A stretch of 64,000 bases of DNA from Octopus sinensis (Eukaryota). The DNA is taken from contig NC_042998.1 of assembly GCF_006345805.1 (NCBI RefSeq), positions 14,694,001 to 14,758,000 on the forward strand, in the 5' to 3' direction. The stretch's first letter is position 1; every line of letters begins with the position of its first letter. The notes under the pieces are model-generated. The model was not told the origin of the DNA, searched no databases, and was given only the letters and a program-made list of their open reading frames with translations. Of the stretch, positions 38,547-51,065 are shown in pieces. The translations under genes were made by a program, and so were the position numbers.

Positions 38547-38768
38547 ATATGTTTGTGCGTCTGTGTTTGTATCCCCAGCATCGCTTGACAACCGATGTTG
38601 GTATGTTTACATCCCTGTGACTTAGCGGTTCAGCAAAAAAGACCGATAGAATAAGTACTAGGCTTACAAAGAATAAGTCCTGGGTTCGATTTGCTCGACT
38701 AAAAGGTGGTGCTCCAGCATGGCTGCAGTTAAATGACTGAAATAAGTAAAAGAGTAAAAGAGTAAAGA
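38340..38768 (+). mobile_element. SINE family A, full length
   Basis: Family landmarks. Confidence 0.93.
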
Positions 38769-38967
38769 GAGCCCTGAGTTTCAGAAGCGGACAAAACCAA
38801 AGTACCCACTTATCGATTTCATTCCATCCGCTTGCAGGGAAGTGGAGGAAATAGAGATTGAAGAAACCTGGCAGACCGTTTCGAATAAAAATAAATCAAG
38901 CCTTGTTAGAAACTTAGGAAAGTGCCGACCTCGGGAACTACTGCAACTTCTCGGTAATTAGATTCAA

Positions 38968-39189
38968 AGGCGACGAGCTGGCAGAATCGTTAGCACGTCG
39001 GGCGAAATGCTTAGCGGTATTTCGGCTGCCGTTACATTTTGAGTTCAAATTCCGCCGAGGTTGACTTTGCCTTTCATCCTTCCGGGGTCGATTAAATAAG
39101 TACCAGTTACACACTAGGGTCGATGTAATCGACTTAATCCCTTTGTCTGTCCCCACTGTGTTTAACCCCTTGTGGGTGGTAAAGAAATA
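38968..39189 (+). mobile_element. SINE family B monomer with 15-bp TSD
   Basis: GGTAATTAGATTCAA at 38953-38967 and 39190-39204. Confidence 0.93.
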
Positions 39190-40203
39190 GGTAATTAGAT
39201 TCAAGAAAATGGACTACTGGAATTGCTGTTTCAAATGGAAAATAAAGAACCAATCAAAGAGTTGTGTCGCGAAATACCTGTCCAACGAAAAAGGACACGG
39301 GAAAAGCTAATGTATCTGTTTTACGAAACACAGAGACTTAGCTTAAGCCCTCGAGAAATCAATTACATGTGGCATTTGCCAACAAATGAAACAACACGTC
39401 AGTCATTTACTAGGACAAGTCTTATTGAGTGTCTGGCTGACCTTTGAAACTGAGGACGGAGCGCGGTGTGGTGGTGTGGAAACAGAGCAAGAAACATCCA
39501 GCCATAAGCTTGTACCCGTTTAAAACAAAGGTTGGCAATCAGGGACAGTGGTAATGATATTGACGCCTAGCACGTTCTCAGATTCGTAAAATAAAAAGTG
39601 GGTGGTGTGCGAGAGCAGACATCAAGATAAATGGCATCTGATCGGGAAGGGACCGTATCAGCTTACGAGTTTTAACGATATGTTACCAGAAAACTGCCAT
39701 ACCGGAAGTATTCGTGTCACGATCTAGAAAGCTGCAATTAGATTGTTAGCAAACGTTGCACAGTAAAAAGAAAAAAAAATGCAGATGATCTATTTAAAGG
39801 TTTTGTACCATGAGACATTAGACAGATTTAAGCTCAGAAAATAACGTTAATTTCCGCTGATCAGATCAGCTGAGACCCTTGTCGTAACTGATGGAGTGGC
39901 AATATCAGGTATAACAATCATTTCTACTATAGGCACAATGCCTGAAATTTGGTGAGGTGGGGTGAACTAGTTGACCAGATCGACCCCAGTACTCAACTGG
40001 TACTTAAGACACAGATATGTGGGAGAGTGAGACACGACAGACCGCAGTAGAAGAGAAGCAAGTAAACAATAGCAACTTCCGGATTCTGTCCTTTGCAGTT
40101 ATGACATGAGTGTGCGAACGAAATTTGTTGAGGGTTACAAACCCAAGCCCAAATCTTTTCACAAACAAGGCTGATTGTTTCAATTTTAATAACAAAACAT
40201 AAA

Positions 40204-40500
40204 GACGCGTGGCTTAGTGGTTAGGGTATTCGGTTCACGATCATAAGGTTGTGAATTCAATTCTCGGCGATGCGTTGTGTCCTTGAGCAAGACGCTTTAT
40301 TTCACGTTGCTCCAGTCCACTCGCCTGGCAAAAAAATTGTAGTACCTGTATTTCAAAGGGCCAGCCTTGTCACATTCTTTCTCACGCTGAATCCCCATGA
40401 GAACTACGTTAAAGGTACTCGTATCTGTGGAGTGCCCAGCCACGTGCACGTTAATTTCCGCTGATCAGATCAGCTGAGACCCTTGTCGTAACTGATGGAG
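40204..40500 (+). mobile_element. Chimeric SINE: family F head + family E-like body
   Basis: tRNA head and GTGTCCTTGAGCAAG followed by GTACCTGTATTTCAAAGGGCC...GAGAACTACGTTAA. Confidence 0.8.
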
Positions 40501-40516
40501 TGGCAATATCAGGTAT

Positions 40517-40740
40517 AACAATCATTTCTACTATAGGCACAATGCCTGAAATTTGGTGAGGTGGGGTGAACTAGTTGACCAGATCGACCCCAGTACTCAA
40601 CTGGTACTTAATTTATTGAGCCCGAAAGGATGAAAGGTAAAGTCGACATTGGCAGAATTTAGACTCAAAACCTACCGGCAAGCGAAATACCGCTGAGCAT
40701 TTCGCCCGGTGCGCTAACGATTCTGCCAGCACGCCGCCTT
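40517..40740 (-). mobile_element. SINE family B with B2 tail
   Basis: Family B head and body, different tail. Confidence 0.85.
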
Positions 40741-40788
40741 GATATTAGGTATAATAATGATAATTATTATTATTATATTTGCACATTA

Positions 40789-41000
40789 AGGCGACGAGCC
40801 GGCAGAATCGTTAGCAGGTCGGGGGTAAATGCTTAGCGGCATTTCGTCCGTCATTATTTTCTGAGCTTGAATTTCGCCGAGGACGAATTTGATTTTCATT
40901 CTTTCGGGGTCGATAAAATAAGCACCTGTTGAGCACTGGGGTCGATGTATTCGATTTCCCCAACTTCCCCAAATTGCTGACCTTGGGCTAAAATTTGAAA
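40789..41000 (+). mobile_element. SINE family B with B2 tail, imperfect TSD
   Basis: Flanks ATTATTATATTTGCACATTA and ATTATTATATTTATACGTTA. Confidence 0.82.
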
Positions 41001-41629
41001 TCATTATTATATTTATACGTTAGTCAAAAATTGCTAACTTCAATAATGGAAAAGTAATGGTTCAATTCAGTCCTAAAATGTTTCTACGCTTGTTCGTTTT
41101 GACAATGAAGATTTTCAGGAGAATATCCAAAGAATTTTCGTTGCCCCCACCCTACCACCAGCACCACTGAGCCAATAAGTCACGAGGACAGCAAAAAAAA
41201 AAAGTCTAACGAGATTGTTAGAAAGACAGGAGAGATTTTGTTTGGATTGTTTGAGTTCAAACTCCATCGGATATGAATTTGTCTTTCATCCTTCCGATAG
41301 TCGATAAATAAGCACCTGTTGATAATTGTGGTTTAGTCAATCAAACGATCTCTCCTTAAAATGTCTGGCAGCAAAGTAGAAAAATTTAAAGCAATGAAAC
41401 AAATGCGTAACAATATTTTAGACTCGTCCATTTGTGTCTGAGTTTAAATCCAGATGGCGTATTCGCCTATGTGATCAATAAAATTAGTATCACTCAAATA
41501 CAAATACTAGAATGTGTTCACTGAAATGGAGTGGGGTCGATAAAATCGACGTAAGTGCTGCACTATTAAACGCTTGTCTTCTGTGTCAATGTAAGAAGAC
41601 GGATATTAACTAGACAGAAGCTGTGTCGA

Positions 41630-41774
41630 TATCTTATTTCTTTATTGCCCACAAAGAGCTAAACATAGAGGGACAAACAAGACCAGACAAAGGGATTATG
41701 TCGATTACATCGACTCCAGTGCGTAACTTGTACTTAATTTATCGACCCCGAAAGGATAAAAGGCAAAGTCGAGG
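41630..41774 (-). mobile_element. SINE family B, 5'-truncated
   Basis: Body and tail landmarks. Confidence 0.85.
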
Positions 41775-41913
41775 TAAAAATTTGATCATGCTAGTGAAAT
41801 CTATAACCACCACCAACTGTCGTTTGAAGCTTGCCTTCAGGATATGAAATTCTTAACAATAAATTGTACTGTAACGTGAGCTACGTTATATATTAACTCT
41901 ATTCTATTCTAAT

Positions 41914-42298
41914 GTGGAGGCGCAATGGCTCCAGTGGTTAGGGCAGCGGACTCGCGGTCATAGGATCGCGGTTTCGATTCCCAGACCGGGCGTTGTGAGT
42001 GTTTATTGAGCGAAAACACCTAAAAGCTCCACGAGGCTCCGGCAGGGGATGGTGGTGATCCCTGATGTACTCTTTCACCACAACTCTCTCTCTCTTACTT
42101 CCTGTTTCTGTTGTACCTGTATTTCAAGGGGCCGGTCTTGTCACTCTCTGTGTCACGCTGAATATCCCCGAGAACTACGTTAAGGGTACACGTGTCTGTG
42201 GAGTGGTCAGCCACTTACACGTTAATTTCACGAGCAGGCTGTTCCGTTGATTCGGATCAACCGGAACCCTCGTCGTCGTAACCGACGGAGTGCTTCCA
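41914..42298 (+). mobile_element. SINE family E, full length, TSD TTCTATTCTAA
   Basis: A box TGGCTCCAGTGG, B box GGTTTCGATTCCC; TSD at 41902-41912 and 42299-42309. Confidence 0.93.
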
Positions 42299-42642
42299 TT
42301 CTATTCTAAGTATTTTATGATTTTTTAAAAGTTATCCTGAAAAATAGTATTTTGAAATACAAACCCCTCACTATACACACGCACGCGAAGTCCACTATAT
42401 ATATATACACATATATGTATTCACATATGTACGAGTGTGTGTGCGCGTATGTGTGTGTGTTTTTTGTGTGTGTGAGTGTGTGTTTTAGTCTATGCGTGTG
42501 TGTTCCGCTTGCTATTCTCTCTTACTTTGTCTCATAATTTTTCTATCATTTATGTTTCTATTTCTCGTTGCCTTCTTTCTATCTCTGTTACTTTAATACC
42601 ATTAAAATATCCCACTCTCTCTTTTTCTATCTTTATCTCTTT

Positions 42643-42710
<68 letters not shown>

Positions 42711-43035
42711 GAAGTCAAGTTGCCAATTATCAGTTTTAACAGTGGACTTGATTAATGGAGAGCTGCCGCCGCTGATTATGCGTGGGTAACTTAAATTGCC
42801 ATATCAACTGATTTTAATTAATTTAAGCAGAAAGTCAAATTTTATGGATAAAATTTCAAATTATGGTCCCGACCAAACACAGCTTTCTCTTCTATGGACA
42901 ATTTGCTACAGATTATGTTTCCATCATTGATGTCGTGAAGGAAAACGGTTTACAACATGCGCACATTTTGATCTGGCTAAAAATTGAGATTCACTTCAAT
43001 CAAATAGATTCCATCGTAAATTCAGATTATACAGC

Positions 43036-43203
43036 ATAGGCGCAGGAGTGGCTGTGTGGTAAGTAGCTTGCTAGCCAACCACATGGTTCCGGGCTCAGTC
43101 CCACTGCGTGGCATCTTGGGCAAGTATCTTCTGTTATAGCCCCGGGCCGACCAATGCCTTGCGAGTGGATTTGGTAGACGGAAACTGAAAGAAGCCTGTC
43201 GTA

Positions 43204-43263
<60 letters not shown>

Positions 43264-43441
43264 TGTGTGTGTATATGTTTGTGCTGGTGTGTTTAAGTCC
43301 CCGTCACTTAGCGGTTCAGCAAAACAGACCGATAGAATAAGTACTGGGCTTACAAAGATTAAGTCCCGGGGTCGATTTGATCGACTAAAGGCGGTGCTCC
43401 AGCATGGCCGCAGTCAAATGACTGAAACAAGTAAAAGAGTA
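43036..43441 (+). mobile_element. SINE family A, full length
   Basis: Family landmarks. Confidence 0.93.
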
Positions 43442-43799
43442 ACCATTACCAATACCACATAGTTAACTTACATGTGTTGTTTAAACGCCTGGAGCTGCGG
43501 GTTATAGTCGATGGGGTAAAAAGACCCTTAAAAAATGTGTAGTGTTAACAATCACAATATACTTCATATCCTCGGTGTTACAGGGTTTCTAGACAGTAAC
43601 TGGGCGAAAGAACTATTCAGAAGTGTGGAAACCCAGATGTGCCCTCAAATAAGAATTCACTTTGCATAGAATACAACACCAAAAGGTTTCCAAAGACCAT
43701 TTGTAAAGGAGACCTAAACGGCTAGTGATGGGAATCTCTTCTACAAGAGGGAATGGAAATTTCAAATATTTGGTCGAACAATACAAAATTGGCAAAAGA

Positions 43800-44009
43800 T
43801 GGACGGAAGAGTGGCTATTTGGTAAGTAGCTTGCTTACGAACCACATGGTTTCGGGTTCAGTCCCACTGCGTGGCACCTTGGGCAAGTGTCTTCTACTTA
43901 AGCTTCGGGCCGACCAAAGCCTTGTAAGTGGATTTGGTAGACGGAAACTGAAAGAAGCCCATCGTATATATGTATATATATATATATATATATAAGTCGA
44001 TTACATATA

Positions 44010-44090
<81 letters not shown>

Positions 44091-44165
44091 GTGTGTGTAT
44101 ATGTTTGTGGGTCTGTGTTTGTCCTTCCCCCACCAACATCGCTTGACAACCGATGCTGGTGTGTG
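43800..44165 (+). mobile_element. SINE family A, 3'-truncated
   Basis: Family landmarks. Confidence 0.9.
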
Positions 44166-45375
44166 TTTATATATATATATTTTTTTTTTTAATTAATATA
44201 AATTAAATTAATATGTTCAATAAGAAAGAATTATTTTCGAAATTTTTCTCTTATGAGGTTTTTCACGCTATCTACCTGATAATTTCTTGTTAAGATTCCT
44301 TATTAAGTGGTTATCCTTAATTGTTAAATAATTTTATATATATATATATATAAATGTGTGTGTATATGTTTGTGTGTCTGTGTTTGTCTGGGTGAAAGAA
44401 CTATTCAGCAGGTTTGGAACCTAGATGTGCCCTCAAATAAGAATTCACTTTGCATAGAATACAACAAATACACCGAAAGTTTTCCAAAAATCATTTGTAA
44501 AGGAGGCCTAAACAGCTGGTTTTTTGCTAAAATTTTGTTGGGGATCAAATGTTTCGTTCAGGCACCATGGTTCCATGAACCCAGCGGCTATAAGCGCAGT
44601 GGTTGAGACAACAAACGAATTGAAATCGTAGGTATTTCTCGACCGATTACAACATTAACTTGTACACATGTGGCTGTGAGAAAAATGCTTAAACCAACAG
44701 CATCAACTTGCAGCTGTTGCAGATACATCCCAGAAATAGTAATAGCTACAAATCAATAGTCACTATTGTGGATCAGCATGTAATATTTCATTATCCAGCA
44801 GAAATTTGAAATCTATTAGAAACGTTATGTCTACTGCCAGACAGACATCAGCTTATATAAACTATCCACAGTAATTCTGCTGCGTTATCTAGATCAGCTG
44901 TAGTTATGCAATTTCATGAGACTAATGGGTTAGTAATTTACGATACATGTCACCGTTAATACTATTGTCATTAAGTATAGCAAAGGAGAGGATGCAATTA
45001 TAAGTCCACTCATACCAACAGGTGTGCCCTTACGATTAAGGAGACTAGTTTCCAGAACACCCAAGCTTTGCAATGTATTTCAATAAACACCAAGGGCCCA
45101 AGGGCAAACATTAATAATAACTGGACATCATCTTGAGGAATACCGCTTCGTTGATGATCAATTTTAAGTAGGATCCTCAGAAGATTGAAGAAATCATTAT
45201 TCTATTTACGTTCCTATATTAAAACCATGGCATTGTATATCCCGAGGTGCTGACATGATCGTTTCAGAATTAACAATGACATTCATAGAGCAAATCTAAA
45301 ATCATACACACTGCAACTCTTAATATAATTTCTTTATTTCTGCATGTATTGACATTCCAATATTTGAATCTATCA

Positions 45376-45792
45376 GGGCGGTGAGCTGGCAGAATCGTTA
45401 GCACGCCGGGCGAAATGTGTAGCCGTATTTCGTCCGCCGTTACGTTCTGAGTTCAAATTCCGTCGAGGTCGACTTTGCCCAACATCCTTTCGGGGTCGAT
45501 AAATTAAGTACCAGTTACGCACTGGGGTCGATGTAATCGACTTGATCCGTTTGTCTGTCCTTGTTTGTCCTCTCTGTTTTTAGCCCCTTGTGGGTTGTAA
45601 AGAAATAGGTATTTCGTCTACCGTTACGTTCTGAGTTCAAATTCCGCCGAGGTCGACTTTGCCTTTCATCCTTTCGGGGGTCGATAAATTAAGTACCAGT
45701 TACGCACTGGGGTCGACGTAATCGACTTAATCCATTTGTCTGTCCTTGTTTGTCCCCTCTATGTTTAGCCCCCTGTGGGCAATAAAGAAATA
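45376..45792 (+). mobile_element. SINE family B two-unit array
   Basis: Head plus unit; second unit begins GGTATTTCG at 45608. Confidence 0.92.
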
Positions 45793-45993
45793 TATATTTG
45801 AATCAATAGATTTCCGTTGGATCCCCGGTTTTCGCATATAATGAAATAGTTTTTATTGCCCAACGCTCCAAGATTTATTCCTTTTTTTTTTCTCCGAATT
45901 ATTTAAAGAATTTGAAAATTTCAAATTTGGCTCACACGAATAACGTTATTTTCACATTCACTTTATTCTTTCTTATTTAGAGTGCTTGAATAA

Positions 45994-46217
45994 TACGCGT
46001 GGGGTAGGTGCCGAAAAGTTCCTAGCTTTATGAGTGTCGCGAAAGGTCTGGTTGGAGGCCCAGCCTTCCGAGTTCTTTTACAGGGCTTAGAATAAACTGA
46101 AGGATCGTTATAAGTGTCTGAATCTGAGAGAGGAATACGTTCAATAAAATCATAATTAACTGATCCTCCTGTATTTCCTTTTACCCAAAGAAGGAACTCT
46201 TCAGCACCCTTTTAGTA
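45994..46217 (+). mobile_element. Mariner-derived MITE relic
   Basis: Imperfect TIRs GGTGCCGAAAAGTTCCTAGCTTT / AAAGAAGGAACTCTTCAGCACC; internal degraded mariner C-terminus FYRA*NKLKDRYKCLNL. Confidence 0.7.
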
Positions 46218-46522
46218 TGCGTGTATATATACATATCTATATATATACATATATAGACAGAGAGAGAGAGAGAGAAGAGAGAGGAGGGGAGAGAGAGAAA
46301 CACACACACATAAGCATACACATATATAAAGATACATGCATACATAGATAATATGCATATACACACATGTGCATGCATATACATACATATTGATATATGC
46401 ATATACATATACGTACATGTGTGTGTGTAAGTGTGTGTGCATGTATGTGTATGTACATAAGAGCATAGCAAGAGAGAAGAATGATTGATAGATAAACAGA
46501 TAGATATAGGTATGAATATATG

Positions 46523-46599
<77 letters not shown>

Positions 46600-46600
46600 C

Positions 46601-46636
<36 letters not shown>

Positions 46637-46670
46637 ATATTTGAGTAGTTGAATGATTATCTTATTAAGG

Positions 46671-46702
<32 letters not shown>

Positions 46703-47484
46703 AGAGAGAGAGAGAGAGAGAGAGAGATAGATACAGATGTGTGTGTGTGCGTGTGTACACTTACACATCATACACACACATGCATCGCACACCCACACAA
46801 ACATACACTTGAATAACGTAATATTAAAACACGCTTCAACAAAATTTTAAACATTGAACAAAGAAAATAGGAGCGTAGAAGTTGTGTGAAACCTTTGCTG
46901 TACAACTAGTTAGTACAGGTTTTAACTCTTATTTTATAACCGGATATAATTTCATTAGTATTTAGAAATGTCCTCGTTAAATATATATTTCTATATAGAG
47001 AGCCAGACATGAGTTTGCAATTCAGAAGTTGGCTACTTACTACTTGTTGGTGAAACGAGTTATGATTTTGAAAAAAAGAGCAATTCAACATAAAGCTGAA
47101 GAATTATTCAATATTTCTTGTAGATTACGTATTTTCTAATCCTTTACGAGAAGACGACTGACAGTGAATTCGGTATCGGTCAACAGCCTTCCACAGTTCC
47201 ACGAAAACTGGTAGTCCGAAACGTCGAAGTTACTGTCACACACAAACACACACACACACACACACACGTAAATAGAAATATATATATATATATATTATAC
47301 AAAATATTCCACGTAAACCCGATGTTTCTACCTTTAAAAACAAGGAGTTACAACCTCTTTACTTGTGTGACTTTTTGCTACCCTGGTAACTATTTATCTA
47401 TTTTTTCCGTGTTAATTGTTAACAAGGGGAAAATACACTCATCTATATATATTATATATATATATTATATATATATATATATAT

Positions 47485-47617
47485 ACCGGAGTAAACACAT
47501 AAATGTGAAACAAGGTGGAAAAAAGAGTACTCGGTTCCAGCAAAAACTGTCCGATGAACGGCAACGGGAAACTCAGAGTAACAGGTTTTGTTGAATTTTC
47601 TGCTGCTTTAAATAAAG
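47485..47617 (+). mobile_element. Short (TA)n-embedded element carrying a type I hammerhead-like motif
   Basis: Motif at 47542-47589; (TA)n on both sides. Confidence 0.6.
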
Positions 47618-47649
<32 letters not shown>

Positions 47650-47935
47650 GGTGTGTGTGTGTGTGTGTGGGTGTGTGTGTGTGCACAGTGTACATTTAAA
47701 CACAAAAGAGATGGCCATAATAGAACATCTAACCCGCGAAGGAGTAGTTAACTACTCCTTCTAGCGGGTCAGATATCCTACTATGGCTATTACTTATGTG
47801 TTTAAATGTACACTGTATTTTTATATGAATAATATATCGTCTATTGACTAGTTTTTTTCTTCTCGGTAGACGACTAGTAGCAAAAAAATTCTAAATAATT
47901 TTTTGCTACCCAGAAATTTATTAATAAATATATAC

Positions 47936-47975
<40 letters not shown>

Positions 47976-48214
47976 GCACTTATATACACCACACACGCAC
48001 GCACACACACACACACACACACAAATATATACATACATACATACATACGCACATACATACATACATACACACATACATACATACATACATACATACATAC
48101 ATACATACACACATACATACATACATACATATAGAGAGGTGAATAAATTGTCATCTAAATTACGCAAAAATGAAAATAACACTGACATCTCATTTTAACA
48201 GATATATATATATC

Positions 48215-48370
48215 AAAATTACATAAAAATATCTTGAAATGCTAAAGAGTAAATTTATTTGATAAAATCGCCATTGGCTTCAACCACGGCCTCCAGACGA
48301 CTTCGGAATCTCCTGCAACTCTTCTGGACGGTTTCCTTGTTTAAGTTGGTAACTGCTGCCATGATCCTTG
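48215..48370 (-). mobile_element. Tc1/mariner transposase 3' relic
   Basis: IMAAVTNLNKETVQKSCRRFRSRLEAVVEANGDFIK*. Confidence 0.75.
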
Positions 48371-48391
48371 TCAAACACATACACATACACA

Positions 48392-48825
48392 CAGATGCAC
48401 TCATGCAAACACATACACATACACACAGATGCACTCATGCAAACACATACACACACACACAGATGCACTCATGCAAACACATACACACACACACAGATGC
48501 ACTCATGCAAACACATACACATACACACAGATGCACTCATGCAAACACATACACATACACACAGATGCACTCATGCAAACACATACACATACACACAGAT
48601 GCACTCATGCAAACACATACACATACACACAGATGCACTCATGCAAACACATACACACACACACAGATGCACTCATGCAAACACATACACACACACACAG
48701 ATGCACTCATGCAAACACATACACACACACACAGATGCACTCATGCAAACACATACACACACACACAGATGCACTCATGCAAACACATACACACACACAC
48801 AGATGCACACATGCACACACACACG
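48392..48825. repeat. 34-bp minisatellite, 13 copies
   Basis: CAGATGCAC recurs every 34 bp from 48392 to 48800. Confidence 0.93.
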
Positions 48826-48847
48826 TGTATATATATATATATATATA

Positions 48848-48993
48848 TACGATGGGCTTCTTTCAGTTTCCGTCAACTCACTCACAGAGGCTTAGGTCGG
48901 CCCAGGGCTGTAGTAGGAGACACTTGCCCTAAGATTTCACGCAACGGAACTGAACTTGAAACAATCTGGTGGAGAAGCAAGAGTCTTACGGCA
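48848..48993 (-). mobile_element. SINE family A 5' half, diverged
   Basis: Family landmarks. Confidence 0.75.
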
Positions 48994-49505
48994 AAGCTTG
49001 TGTGTGTGTGTGTGTCCGCGTATGTGTGTGCGTGTGTGTTCGTGTGTGTGTGCATGTGTGTGTGCGTGCGAGTGTGTGTGTGTGTGCATGTGTGTGTGCG
49101 TGCATGTGTGTGTGTATATGTGTGTAAGTGTTTGTATGTGTGTACGAGTGTGTGTGTGTGTGACTGATAGAATGTTCTTGTGCGCGAATGTGCGAGTCCG
49201 CTGCCCTAACCACTGGGCCATTGCACCTCCATATGTTGCTATACATGTACACAGAACTTATATACACACACATACATGCACCCAAACACACTGGGTGTGA
49301 TCTAATAGACCCTTTCACATTTAAATGATATATAAAATATCCATTCCATATTTTGTTTCAAAATGCTTTTAGACACTTTCAGCCCTGACATTGCAATTTT
49401 GTTGTTCACATCCTTACAAGTGTGCTCGCACCCGCGTGTTTGCGTCTGTGTGTGAGTGCAAGTGTATGTGTGTATGGGGGTGGGGTACAAGTGAGTATAT
49501 ATGTA

Positions 49506-49921
49506 CGCATCGGCGTGGCTGTATGGTATGAACTTTACTTGCCAATCTCATGGTCCCGGGTTCAGTTCCACTGCGTGACACCTTAGACGTTAGTTTTCTA
49601 CTATGGTCCCGGGCCGACCAAAACCTTGTGAGTGGATTTGGTAGGCGGAAACAGAAAGAAGCCCGTCGTATGTGTGTGTGTGTGTGAGTGTGTGTGTGTG
49701 TGTGCGTGTTTGTGTTTTTGTGTCTGTGTTTTCCCCCCAACATCACTTGCCAACCGATAGTGGCGTGCCTACGTCGGCGTAACTTAGCGGTTCGGTAAAA
49801 GAGACCGATAGAATAAGTACTAGGCTTACAAATAATAAGTCCTGGAGGTCGATTTGTTCGTCTAAAGGCGGTGCTCCAGCACGGCCGCAGTCATATGACT
49901 AAAACAAATAAAAGAATAAAA
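49506..49921 (+). mobile_element. SINE family A, full length
   Basis: Family landmarks. Confidence 0.9.
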
Positions 49922-49984
49922 GCTTTGCCGTAAGTCTTTATGCCTTTGTGACTCTTTCTACATGTGAATGTCGCCCACCACCTC

Positions 49985-50147
49985 CTGACTATCGTTATTG
50001 ACTTGTTTACGTCCTCATAACCTAGCTGCTCGGCAAAACGGACCGATAGCATAATCATCAGGTTTAATACCTAAAACCTGAGGCAGATTCGTTCGACTAA
50101 ACCCTTTCAATGCCGCAGTTTAGTAACTGAAGCAAATAAATGAAAAA
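49985..50147 (+). mobile_element. SINE family A 3' half, degraded
   Basis: TGTTTACGTCC...CGGCAAAA..GACCGATAG landmarks. Confidence 0.6.
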
Positions 50148-50244
50148 TTGTTGAGAAAGTGCATGTCTCCTGCAAACTCTGCAAGTTTCATGCGGTTGAT
50201 GTCGTTTATGTTGTGTTTAAGCTGTCGAAGGACAACATCTACAT

Positions 50245-50463
50245 CAGTGGTTTTCAACCAGGGTTCCTCGGAACCTTGGAGTTCCGCCAGTACAGTCCAG
50301 GGGTTCCGCAAGAAGTTACAAAACTGCTAAAATCGGCAGTAATTTTTAATTCTCCTGTGCAGATATGTGTGCAAAAGACTATTAAATTATTGCACAGGGG
50401 TTTCTCGAGCCAGTGGAATGTTTCCTTGGGGTTCCGCTCCAGCAAAAAGTTTGAAAAACACTG
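50245..50463. mobile_element. hAT (Charlie/Buster-like) MITE with 8-bp TSD
   Basis: TIRs CAGTGGTTTTCAACC / GTTTGAAAAACACTG; TSD ATCTACAT and ATCTACAG. Confidence 0.88.
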
Positions 50464-50670
50464 ATCTACAGGAATGATATACGCGAGGAAGAAATTCTTC
50501 AGAATGATGGACTGAGCATTGTGACTTGAGCGGTGATAAGGTGGCTGGACGTTGAAGAGCGAGCTGCATGAGGTTACTTGAGTGTTGGAGATACGAGACC
50601 AGCTAGTCCCCATATGGATCCAACACTTTTGTGTCCGTTAGTGAAGTCATAATCATAATATGAGAAGGTA

Positions 50671-51065
50671 GTGGAGGCCCAATGGCCCCAGTGGTTAGGG
50701 CATCGGACTCGCGGTCATAGGATCGCGGTTTCGATTCCCAGACCGGGCGTTGTGAGTGTTTATTGAGCGAAAACACCTAAAGGCTCCACGAGGCACCGGC
50801 AGGGGATGGTGGTGATCCCCGCTGTACTCTTTCACCACAACTTTCTCTCACTCTTACTTCCTGTTTCTGTTGTACCTGTATTTCAAAGGGCCGGCCTTGT
50901 CACTCTCTGTGTCACGCTGAATATCCCCGAGAACTACGTTAAGGGTACACGTGTCTATGGAGTGCTCAGCCACTTACCCGTTAATTTCACGAGCAGGCTG
51001 TTCCGTTGATTCGGATCAACCGGAGCCCTCATCGTCGTAACCGACGGAGTGCTTCCATCCATCCC
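50671..51065 (+). mobile_element. SINE family E, full length, 14-bp TSD
   Basis: AATATGAGAAGGTA / AATATGAGAAAGTA flanks. Confidence 0.93.

Larger units (their letters stand above)
42790..45260 (+). mobile_element. Fragmented autonomous Helitron (Rep + PIF1-type helicase relic) interrupted by SINEs
   Basis: GLQHAHILIWL HUH motif (42956-42964); NKNSLCIEYN.TKRFPK and KET*TASDGNLFYKR; helicase NSINLQLLQ..YKSI, VILLRYLD..LCN..RL, KGEDAIISPLIP, FAM..NK..AQGQTL. Confidence 0.8.

Noticed and set aside
41914-41990. tRNA-like sequences as tRNA genes
   Set aside because: A/B boxes run straight into SINE bodies with TSDs; no complete cloverleaf or Pol III terminator.
47195-47230. CCGAAACGTCGAA preceded by a short stem
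   Set aside because: The CUGANGA core is not recoverable without assuming a deletion.
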